From NCBI GenBank assembly GCA_945619025.1, contig CALZBJ010000001.1, positions 1 to 40,000 on the forward strand: 40,000 nt of DNA, written 5' to 3'. The position numbers and the translations under genes were made by a program. This document shows, in pieces, positions 1 through 7,295 of the stretch; position 1 is the stretch's first letter; every line of letters starts with the position of its first letter. The notes below the pieces were generated by a model. That model saw only the letters and a program-made list of their open reading frames with translations. It was not told the DNA's origin and ran no database searches. This DNA is from an uncultured Ignatzschineria sp. (GTDB lineage: Bacteria > Pseudomonadota > Gammaproteobacteria > Cardiobacteriales > Wohlfahrtiimonadaceae).

Positions 1-1151
1 TTCTCTTCAAGAGCTTGAGCTAGTAACCTGAAAGTCAATTTTTTGCTATCTATAGAACTATTCTCAAAAGACTTTATCTTACTCTGAACTTGCATAGCAA
101 AAACATCAAAGATATCTCGTTTCGTTGAATCTACTGGGCTCAATCTGTCATTGCTAACAACAGGATAGGGATAAATACTATCCCTTATCCACTTATCTTT
201 TATCAACCTCTTCCTTTCTTGCTCTTTACTTAGGAATACGTGATTTATTCTACTGATAGCTTTATCTATCAACGTCACTACATTCTCATTAATATCAGGA
301 ACACTTGCCGTATCATCATTAAATAAATTGCTAGATAAATATGCAGAATACTTTGAGCTAAAAGGTTTAATTTTTCTATTTAAATTACCACGATAAGGAT
401 AGAGAGTTGTCCCATTCCCTTTACATAAATACAACTGCTCATCTGATGCTTTTTTCCATAAAAACAATTTTAACTCATGCTCTTTTCCATCAAATTCTAT
501 ATTTATAGTGTGGGGTTCCTCAGACATTAATTCTTCAGGGTTTAACGGTTCGCCATTCACAGTAATCTCTACATCATGATAACTAACTAGGAATGGTGAA
601 AAAATAAAATTAAGCTCAGATATAGCTTTATTTAAGGATTTTTCTGATAACTTTTTTGCCGCCCCGTCGTGAATATCATAAATCACGACTTTAGTTCCTA
701 GCTCAAATGATACACCCTCATTCTCTGACACCTCACGAATTTTAACTGCTTGTATATCATCCAGTGTCTGCTCAATAGCATGGGTTTTAACAACCCCATC
801 TTCAGAGTAACTACTCAACCATTCTATGCGTCGCCCCAGAGAGAAGCCTTTTAAGCGCCCTTCTCCCTTTTCACCATGCATATTTCTCTGCCCATCAGTT
901 AAAAGCTTATTTTTCTTCCAGCTTCCACCTAGTTTGATGAAATTATCGAGCTCTAAACCCGGTTTTATGCCACTCCCATTATCTTCAATAGTAATGGTTT
1001 GTTCCATTTCGGTTAAGTTTATATTTACTGATACCTCCGTTGCATCAGCATCAAGAGCATTCCATATAAACTCTGCTAAAGCGGCTACAATAGGTGAACG
1101 TGTGATTCGCCTCAAGCTGTCGGCTTGTATAGCAATGGTTTTTCTAGACAT
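1..1151 (-). CDS. GHKL-superfamily (HATPase_c_3 / MORC-like) ATPase, N-terminal 383 codons; the C-terminus lies beyond the left window edge
   Basis: Missing from the ORF track because it runs off the edge. ATG at 1151-1149, open to base 1 in my hand translation. Begins MSRKTIAIQADSLRRITRSPIVAALAEFIWNALDADATEVSVNINLTEMEQTITIEDNGSGI...MHGEKGEGRLKGFSLG. This gives a Bergerat-fold N-box (E..N..DA), a G1 box (DNGSG) and a G2 box (GxxGxG). Visibly AT-richer than the neighbouring head genes. Confidence 0.7.
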   Translation of the reverse strand, partial: MSRKTIAIQADSLRRITRSPIVAALAEFIWNALDADATEVSVNINLTEMEQTITIEDNGSGIKPGLELDNFIKLGGSWKKNKLLTDGQRNMHGEKGEGRLKGFSLGRRIEWLSSYSEDGVVKTHAIEQTLDDIQAVKIREVSENEGVSFELGTKVVIYDIHDGAAKKLSEKSLNKAISELNFIFSPFLVSYHDVEITVNGEPLNPEELMSEEPHTINIEFDGKEHELKLFLWKKASDEQLYLCKGNGTTLYPYRGNLNRKIKPFSSKYSAYLSSNLFNDDTASVPDINENVVTLIDKAISRINHVFLSKEQERKRLIKDKWIRDSIYPYPVVSNDRLSPVDSTKRDIFDVFAMQVQSKIKSFENSSIDSKKLTFRLLAQALEE

Positions 1152-1226
1152 AGATTAACTCTACTTATTGATGGTAATTAATCAGTTCATTATACAAACT
1201 TCATCGTGCAGAACAAGAAGAATGCT

Positions 1227-1598
1227 TCATTGCAATCGCTTCTCATAAACCGAAACATCAAAGGAACAGCGCCAGTGTTTGGTCGTTCCGTCTCGGGTAG
1301 TGCGTGGGACGGTTTCAATACGACCAATATATTCCAATGCACTTCGCATCGCGTTTACGGTTTCATGCGCGCGGTTATATTCTGTATCGTAAACATCAAT
1401 TTGATACAACACATCATCGGTTGAGGCTTTATTGCTGTTGACGCAATTGAGTGGTCGACCGCCGATAACCTGATAAACGGCATAAGGAAAGGCCACGCCT
1501 TCCGGGGCTTCGCCGTGCGGATAAAACCGGATATGCCCTCGACTGCTTAGTAACGACTGGCACGTTTTATCATCTCTAATGCATTTAAACAGACTCAT
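1227..1598 (-). CDS. Head-tail joining / tail-completion-like protein (DUF3168-like), last gene of the head-neck module
   Basis: 123-aa ORF. Its start overlaps the stop of the gp10-like gene by 4 nt. Size and position after the gp6 / head-closure / gp10-like genes are typical of HK97-type neck modules. Confidence 0.55.
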   Translation of the reverse strand: MSLFKCIRDDKTCQSLLSSRGHIRFYPHGEAPEGVAFPYAVYQVIGGRPLNCVNSNKASTDDVLYQIDVYDTEYNRAHETVNAMRSALEYIGRIETVPRTTRDGTTKHWRCSFDVSVYEKRLQ

Positions 1599-2083
1599 TT
1601 TGATACCTTTTTTAATGATCGATCCAATGATCTTTTATAATTCTCAATGAAAATCCTAATCGCCTCTTGTGAGCCATTCTTCAGTGCCGGTCGGATAAAG
1701 GGACGCGCCGGTGTTGTCGCTGTTCCAAATTCAATAAAGCGCCAATAATAGGTGTCGCCCCCTTTATTGGAGGCGTTGGAATCTCTGGATTTTGCCCCAC
1801 CTCGAATCCCGACATTAAACCGTAGATCACCCGTTTTGCGTGACTCTTTCCCGTTCCACCGTGTCGAAACGTTTTCAGCGATCTTTTCAGGCGTATTGGG
1901 ATCGTCCACACGCTCCGCGCCCTCCTTCACTTTATCCCGAATGTAGTTCGCTGCTTTGCGTAGACCAAACTTTACCCCGCGCTCACTTTCACCTGCTGCC
2001 ATGTCGGTGGCCGTTGCTTTAATGGCATCGATCTTCTGTTGAATCGCTTCGAGCCCTTCCATTTTATATTCAGTTTTAAGCAT
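1595..2083 (-). CDS. HK97 gp10-family head-tail joining protein
   Basis: 162 aa. Contains YYWRFIEFGT...PARPFIRPA, the signature stretch of the HK97_gp10-like family. Overlaps both neighbours, which suggests translational coupling. Confidence 0.7.
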   Translation of the reverse strand: MLKTEYKMEGLEAIQQKIDAIKATATDMAAGESERGVKFGLRKAANYIRDKVKEGAERVDDPNTPEKIAENVSTRWNGKESRKTGDLRFNVGIRGGAKSRDSNASNKGGDTYYWRFIEFGTATTPARPFIRPALKNGSQEAIRIFIENYKRSLDRSLKKVSK

Positions 2084-2423
2084 ACGCTTCGATTCCGCTT
2101 TGGCAAAAGAGTGTTAACCATTCAAGACCGCTTCGATCATCGGGAAGCACGCCTTTAATCTCATAGGTTTTCCCTCGAAAAACGACGCGCATTGTATTAT
2201 CAATTTGAGGGTTATACCGGATCGTAATTCGGACATCATATTGATATTGACTGGCTTGTGCTGCGATAAATTCCCGCGCACTCACCGGATTAACGCCGGC
2301 GGATACGCGCTCAAAGGCTAAAACCCAGCGATGGCTGATTGATCCATTATTAGGGTCTTGAACCTCTTTCTGTTGCCAGATGTCGATCTTGTGCCGTAAA
2401 TTCCCGGCTCGTAATGTGCTCAT
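2076..2423 (-). CDS. Phage head closure / head-tail adaptor protein (Phage_H_T_join-like)
   Basis: 115 aa. Begins MSTLRAGNLRHKIDIWQQ and continues ...RVSAGVNPVSAREFIAAQ...VRITIRY..., typical of SPP1 gp16/HK97 gp7-like head closure proteins. Position fits. Confidence 0.7.
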   Translation of the reverse strand: MSTLRAGNLRHKIDIWQQKEVQDPNNGSISHRWVLAFERVSAGVNPVSAREFIAAQASQYQYDVRITIRYNPQIDNTMRVVFRGKTYEIKGVLPDDRSGLEWLTLFCQSGIEAYA

Positions 2424-2720
2424 TTATTTCACCGTTGGAACGCGTAAAGGATAGAGAATGGCAGTGACAAAATGGGGTAGATAGCCGTGCTCATAATCGC
2501 CATCCGGATCACCGTCACGATTGCGATACATAAGCCCAACATAGGCAAGCGTCGCCTGTTTTGCTTGAAGCGGAGCATTCTCTTGCGTTAAATCATCTCG
2601 TTTCAGATACTCGGAAATGGCAGCACTAGCGGACTTGATATAGATTTCTAAAATCATATCGTCCTCGTTATGATCGATATAACACTGATTTTTAGCCTGC
2701 TCTAAGGTGACTAACATCAT
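2424..2720 (-). CDS. gp6-like head-tail connector protein
   Basis: 98 aa. N-terminus reads LVTLEQAKNQCYIDHNEDDMILEIYIKSASAAISEYL, typical of the Phage_connect_1 (gp6-like) family. Confidence 0.7.
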   Translation of the reverse strand: MMLVTLEQAKNQCYIDHNEDDMILEIYIKSASAAISEYLKRDDLTQENAPLQAKQATLAYVGLMYRNRDGDPDGDYEHGYLPHFVTAILYPLRVPTVK

Positions 2721-3709
2721 GCGCGCAATCCTCTTCTAATCTCTGCAATAAATTCCTTTTCTGATCCTGCAAAACCGCTATTTTTAGCGACCTCATAGGC
2801 CGATAATCCCGGCTTTCCTTTCTCCCCTTGTCGTCCGTGCTTCACGGTTAATTGCCAATCTTCGGAGGAAAATGGACGCTCGGTTGTGGGGTTAATGCAG
2901 GTCCAAAGGCTTCCGTTATCGGTGACGGTATCGCCAATCGCATAGGTGGCCCCTTTCTTAAATACACCGCGATAGATCTGCGCGGGAATCGAAAACTCAA
3001 ACGACTTGCGATGATGCCCCGATTCAAAGTTGAGCGTAATCGTTCGCTCACCATCAAACTCGACATTAAGATCATCAAAGCCCAGTCCATCCTTTCCATC
3101 GAGCCCATCTTTCCCATTCGTGCCATCTTTACCGTCGCGACCATTTACGCCATCTTTACCAAATTGTGCCTGCGCAAATTCAAGCTCTGTGCCGTTATAG
3201 CCATACTGTTTAGCGATCTGATACGCCGATTGGCCATCCTTTCCGTCCTTGCCATCGATACCATCTTTACCATCACGGCCATCTTTAAGGGTTTCGAGCT
3301 TAATCTTATACGGCTCAAACATGAGCGCTAATAGGGATTTAACCTCTTTTACATCCACATCTCGCCCATCTTTTCCATCCTTACCATCCCGAAGGGTTTC
3401 CAGCTTGGTTTTATAGGGCTCGAACATCAATTCTAATAGCCCTTTAATCTCGTGCAAATCAACGCTTTTCCCATCTTGGCCATCTTTACCATCCTTCCCA
3501 TCGCGCCCGTCTTTTCCATTGTCACCATCTTTACCCGGTGTGGGAACGGTTTGGCTTCGTTGGTTGAGTGCGCTCACTTCGTTCGAGAGTGCCTGATTTG
3601 CTGATTTTAATGACGCGACCTCTTTCTCTAACATCCCGCATTTGGACTCTATTTCGGTGTTGATATAGTCTTTAATTGCATTAATTAGCTCGTTTTTTAA
3701 CTCATCCAT
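2717..3709 (-). CDS. Collagen-like (G-X-Y repeat) fibre protein with N-terminal coiled coil, internal 35-aa tandem duplication and C-terminal CBM5/12-like segment
   Basis: 330 aa. Has runs of GKDGxDGKDG triplets. Two near-identical 35-aa units, VDLHEIKGLLELMFEPYKTKLETLRDGKDGKDGRD and VDVKEVKSLLALMFEPYKIKLETLKDGRDGKDGID. Two SAY(Q/E)(I/V)AK..G(Y/F).G(T/S)E.EF motifs of the kind seen in phage fibre proteins. C-terminal YAIGDTVTDNGSLWTCINPT...WQL. Confidence 0.75.
   Translation of the reverse strand: MDELKNELINAIKDYINTEIESKCGMLEKEVASLKSANQALSNEVSALNQRSQTVPTPGKDGDNGKDGRDGKDGKDGQDGKSVDLHEIKGLLELMFEPYKTKLETLRDGKDGKDGRDVDVKEVKSLLALMFEPYKIKLETLKDGRDGKDGIDGKDGKDGQSAYQIAKQYGYNGTELEFAQAQFGKDGVNGRDGKDGTNGKDGLDGKDGLGFDDLNVEFDGERTITLNFESGHHRKSFEFSIPAQIYRGVFKKGATYAIGDTVTDNGSLWTCINPTTERPFSSEDWQLTVKHGRQGEKGKPGLSAYEVAKNSGFAGSEKEFIAEIRRGLRA
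3254..3463 (-). repeat. Tandem duplication (2 x 105 nt) inside the collagen-like gene
   Basis: Encodes aa 83-117 and aa 118-152, which align residue by residue with most positions conserved. Confidence 0.8.
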
Positions 3710-5051
3710 TGACCTTAAACTCCTTAATTAGGCTTGTGAGAAATGCTTTTTCTGATTCATCATCCGGGGTTTCTGGCGCAGATGCACCCGCTTTCTTACC
3801 AAACGGATCGTCTTGAGCGTCTCGTTTAGAGAGCGCTTCCAGTGAATAGTTTTGCTGTTGCAGATAAGGCGTATCACCACCCACGACCGGAAGAAGCCCC
3901 TCTTCGGCGCGCACCTCATTAATCTTTTTCCAACCGCCTTTAACCGCTTCACCATGTGCTTTATATCGGCTCGCGGTATCCATGCGCATTAGGTTTTTAA
4001 TGTCGATATCGATCGACTCGGTCACCCCATCAAACCCCAATCCATCATCAAGGCCCACCTCCAGGGATTCGATATGGTATTGAAGTGCGGATTGGTAATA
4101 TTCAAGATAGATCGCTTCAACATCGGCCTGTGGACGTTTATCCGAAACGCCTGCAACATAGGTAGGCACTCGATACGCCGAACAGATCATCTCTGCGGTT
4201 AACTTAAGTTGCTCGATCAGCTGAGAATCCACTGCGGTCATGCCCATCGGCTCAAATTTAAGCCCATCGCCCAATACGGCGACCTTACCGCTTCCATCAC
4301 CGGAATAATTCTCTTCCCAATTCTTCTTCAAACGCCCAGCCGTATCATCGGAGATCGCTCCCGGCGCGGTTAAAATACCGCTCGGAACAGCGCGATTGCC
4401 AAAAAAGGTATAGCTATTATTTTGAATTTCGAGCCCTTGATTAATCGATACCGCCATAAAAGAGATCGGCGATAATCCAATCAAAGGGTGGTAATAACAA
4501 TTAAAGCGATCGTGAATAATGTCATACGCAGGTACGACCACACTCTCGGTTGAGAGCTTCGCCAGCTTGTCGGTTTTAAGCTCATAATAGACATCTCCCT
4601 GATCCGTCACTAACACCTTCACAAGTCCGGGATCTAATACGTGCAATCCCACAACGCTCCCGTTATGACGCTCTTTTAGCACATAGGTATTCCCATGCAG
4701 TAACTTGGAGCTAATCCACACCTCTTTAAATTGGATATGATTTTGGTAGAGGTTGGGTTTGCGCAACATTTTTAACACCTCATGATCGACGTGTTGATCA
4801 ACGCCTTGCGATTGACGCATAAAGACAAACGGCAATTTAGCGATATCTTGGGAGATATTACTAATGCATGAAAATGCAGCGTAATGAGATAAAGAGGTCT
4901 CTTTTTTTAATTCTTTATTGCGTTGCCAAGCACCTGAAAAAGGCTCTTTCACTAACATCGACACCCACGCAGACGAACGAGCGGATGATGCACTCTTTTG
5001 AGTGACCTCTTTCGCTGCAGTATCTTTTTTTCGATTCAAAAAACTGAACAT
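3702..5051 (-). CDS. Phage portal protein, HK97 family
   Basis: About 450 aa, with a portal-like sequence throughout (…LYQNHIQFKEVWISSKLLHGNTYVLKE…). The ORF track starts at GTG 5057. ATG 5051 is better spaced from the GGGG(T)GA SD. Confidence 0.85.
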   Translation of the reverse strand: MFSFLNRKKDTAAKEVTQKSASSARSSAWVSMLVKEPFSGAWQRNKELKKETSLSHYAAFSCISNISQDIAKLPFVFMRQSQGVDQHVDHEVLKMLRKPNLYQNHIQFKEVWISSKLLHGNTYVLKERHNGSVVGLHVLDPGLVKVLVTDQGDVYYELKTDKLAKLSTESVVVPAYDIIHDRFNCYYHPLIGLSPISFMAVSINQGLEIQNNSYTFFGNRAVPSGILTAPGAISDDTAGRLKKNWEENYSGDGSGKVAVLGDGLKFEPMGMTAVDSQLIEQLKLTAEMICSAYRVPTYVAGVSDKRPQADVEAIYLEYYQSALQYHIESLEVGLDDGLGFDGVTESIDIDIKNLMRMDTASRYKAHGEAVKGGWKKINEVRAEEGLLPVVGGDTPYLQQQNYSLEALSKRDAQDDPFGKKAGASAPETPDDESEKAFLTSLIKEFKVNG

Positions 5052-5061
5052 CTTCACCCCA

Positions 5062-5085
5062 TAAAAAAGCCCCGAAATTGGGGCT
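5062..5085 (-). terminator. Intrinsic terminator between the capsid and portal genes
   Basis: Minus strand AGCCCC-AATTTC-GGGGCT followed by TTTTTTAT. It lies 5 nt after the stop of the -1 frame extension and directly upstream of the portal SD. Confidence 0.75.
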
Positions 5086-5090
5086 CATCG

Positions 5091-5297
5091 CTATTGTCCA
5101 TCGATGTATTGTTGAACATCTGTTTTGGTAATATTCCCCCCAGCACCCGACCCTTGAATCTTAGACAGATCAATCTCATGCGCTGCTGCCAAATCCATGG
5201 CGGCTTGCGTTGCATTGATTGCGTTTGATTCATCAGAAGCAGGTGGCGCGCTTTGGCCACCCTCTTCATTGGGTCCTTCTGGGGAAGCTACTTTCCC
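5091..5297 (-). CDS. Extension ORF in the -1 frame of the capsid gene (66 codons after slippery heptamer G GGA AAG): Pro/Gly/Ser linker plus PSBD/E3-binding-like domain
   Basis: Hand translation from the heptamer: (GK)VASPEGPNEEGGQSAPPASDESNAINATQAAMDLAAAHEIDLSKIQGSGAGGNITKTDVQQYIDGQ*. The frame is closed by TGA codons until 4 codons before the capsid stop. There is no SD-preceded start codon of its own. Confidence 0.6.
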   Translation of the reverse strand, partial: GKVASPEGPNEEGGQSAPPASDESNAINATQAAMDLAAAHEIDLSKIQGSGAGGNITKTDVQQYIDGQ

Positions 5298-6697
5298 GAT
5301 TCAGCACCAGAATCAGTGCCACCGGGAACGCCCCATTTCACATTACTGATATAGGCCACCGCTTCTTTACGGCGACGCTTCCAGTTGATAATGCGCTCCG
5401 CGCGAATTCCCACGAGGTTGGTCTGCCATAAGCTCACCAGTTCCGCGCCTTTACCGGAAATCCCGTCCTGTGTTGGCGTATCGGACATCTCAAGCGAGGC
5501 CTCGGTACTCATATCAAGTAATACGCCATCTTCATCCCCAAGATAGACCTCGGTCGCACTCATTAAAACCACGACATCTTTGGCATATTGGGAAACCAAG
5601 ACCGGAACGCCCTTAATGCTTCCGCCGGTTAAGGTGAGATCCGGATAGAGATAGTTGTCCTTTTCATTACGAAGCTCAGAGAGATGCATCGCACTTACCG
5701 CGCTCATAATATAGACCGCATTGGCCGGATCGAGATTGGCAAGAACATAACGATACCAAAGCGATTGGAAGTCCTTTTCAATCGATTCCACGGATGATCC
5801 GCTCGATTCAACTTTGGTTGCGCCATAGGTAATGGAGGAAGGAGAGACGTTATCCACCCCATTTTTCGCGGGATTGATAAAGTCCTCATCTAATACCTCT
5901 TGGAGCGACTTCGCTAACTCATCACGAACGAGCATATCAATCGCCACGCTCCCATTTCGCAGGGCTTCTTGCGTTAAGACTGCAATCGCTGCCACTTTAA
6001 GCGGATGGAGCGAGCTACTATCGTATCCCCATTTGGTCAAAGGTTTTCCCTTACCTTCTCCAACCCACTGACCTTTTCCGCCTGACACTTGTCCAACAAT
6101 GGTGGTATTAAACGGCACACTGCGAAGCGATGGGATATTGTTTTTCCCAAATTGTCCGATAATGGTCTTAGGCCGTAAGAATTCAATAAAGTCGGTGATG
6201 ATGGTTTTCTCTTCAGGAGCCAACACGCCAATCCATGAGGGATCGCTGGTGCTACCCGCTGACACCGCTGCTTTGGTAAGATTTAAAATTCGGTTATCGC
6301 CCGTCTTTTTCGCTTCCGCTTCGGCAAGGCGCTCAACCATCATCAGGTTACCTTTAGATGCTGCGAAGTTTTTCACAAAGCGCCCAAACAGCACCCCTTT
6401 TTCTTCCTTCGGAGCTGATACGGTAATGCTTAAGCCCGCACGCGCCTTAGTACCTTCCTCTTCACTCTTACCTGAAACGGTAGTTGCACTTTTAACCAGG
6501 CGTTTTTCCATCGCTTTTAAACGAGTTAAATCCGCTTCGATCGAATCCACATCGGCCTCGTATTCATCAAACTCGGCGACTTCGTTTTCATCCATGGTAC
6601 GGCCTTCTTTTGCCGACTTTTCAATGATGTTATTCATCAATTGAACTTTGTTATCTCGCGCCTCTTCAAGCGCTTTAATTTGTTCCGCTAAACTCAT
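5288..6697 (-). CDS. Major capsid protein, HK97 family, with N-terminal coiled-coil delta/scaffolding domain
   Basis: 469 aa. N-terminal helical region reads MSLAEQIKALEEARDNKVQLMNNIIEK...DLTRLKAMEKR, followed by an HK97-fold-like body. Sits directly after the prohead protease. Confidence 0.9.
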   Translation of the reverse strand: MSLAEQIKALEEARDNKVQLMNNIIEKSAKEGRTMDENEVAEFDEYEADVDSIEADLTRLKAMEKRLVKSATTVSGKSEEEGTKARAGLSITVSAPKEEKGVLFGRFVKNFAASKGNLMMVERLAEAEAKKTGDNRILNLTKAAVSAGSTSDPSWIGVLAPEEKTIITDFIEFLRPKTIIGQFGKNNIPSLRSVPFNTTIVGQVSGGKGQWVGEGKGKPLTKWGYDSSSLHPLKVAAIAVLTQEALRNGSVAIDMLVRDELAKSLQEVLDEDFINPAKNGVDNVSPSSITYGATKVESSGSSVESIEKDFQSLWYRYVLANLDPANAVYIMSAVSAMHLSELRNEKDNYLYPDLTLTGGSIKGVPVLVSQYAKDVVVLMSATEVYLGDEDGVLLDMSTEASLEMSDTPTQDGISGKGAELVSLWQTNLVGIRAERIINWKRRRKEAVAYISNVKWGVPGGTDSGAESGK

Positions 6698-6709
6698 AAT
6701 AATGGTTCC

Positions 6710-7285
6710 TTAAATTTTTCTGATTTGAACTACTTTTTTAGTCGAAGCGCCGACTTCTGATACTGTTTGATCGGAGTGCTTAGGAATCGCCCTAATGCTT
6801 TTCACTCGCTGTTGATCAATGCTTTTAATCTCGGTAATGATGGCCTCTGAATTGGCGGGAATCGTCACCAATGAGAGCTCTAAACACTCCCACTCTTTAA
6901 AGTGAATTCCACTTCCATCCTCAAGCCACTCATATTTCTTGCCACTAAACCCGATCGACACCGCTCTCACTAAGCCGTATTTAACCGAATGAATCGCTTC
7001 ATCGACCTGCTCTTTGAGCGCGCCTTCCTCTTTGATATAAGGCAGGCGTGCTGTGAAGGGAATCCCCTCATCGGCCGCTTGACCAAAGTCCACAGTGCCC
7101 ACGGGCTTATCGGATCGGTGTTGCCATAACATCGGCATAGGGTTTTGAAACGTGCCACCTTTAGGCTCAACGATATCGCCGTAACGATCGGGCTTAGGGG
7201 TGGTTGCCGTCCCTGAAAAAATAAAATAATCATCACTCTTCTCGTACTCTTTAACATGGAGTACGGAATACGCTCTCTTTAACAT
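6710..7285 (-). CDS. HK97-family prohead protease (S78)
   Basis: 191 aa. Contains ...DRYGDIVEPKGGTF..PMPMLWQHRSDKPVG...AVSIGF...LELSLVTIPANSEA, the pattern of prohead serine proteases. Confidence 0.85.
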   Translation of the reverse strand: MLKRAYSVLHVKEYEKSDDYFIFSGTATTPKPDRYGDIVEPKGGTFQNPMPMLWQHRSDKPVGTVDFGQAADEGIPFTARLPYIKEEGALKEQVDEAIHSVKYGLVRAVSIGFSGKKYEWLEDGSGIHFKEWECLELSLVTIPANSEAIITEIKSIDQQRVKSIRAIPKHSDQTVSEVGASTKKVVQIRKI

Positions 7286-7295
7286 TTGGATCTTC

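Noticed and set aside
826-1158. 110-aa plus-strand ORF from the track.
   Set aside because: The sequence is low-complexity (Pro/Ser/Phe-rich). It lies fully antisense to the well-supported GHKL ATPase ORF and has no SD.
2852-3331. 159-aa plus-strand ORF, together with the 2848-3144 minus-strand ORF.
   Set aside because: Both are shadows of the repetitive collagen-like gene. The GKD-repeat codons keep other frames open. There are no start signals.
5054-5269. 71-aa minus-strand ORF in the capsid-portal gap.
   Set aside because: It is in the same frame as the capsid stop, has no SD and translates to an implausible sequence. It also reads through the terminator hairpin and into the portal start. 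The -1 frame of the same DNA encodes a recognisable domain instead.
6099-6644. 181-aa plus-strand ORF.
   Set aside because: It is antisense to the HK97-type capsid gene. Its Ser/Ala/Phe-rich composition is typical of a shadow ORF.
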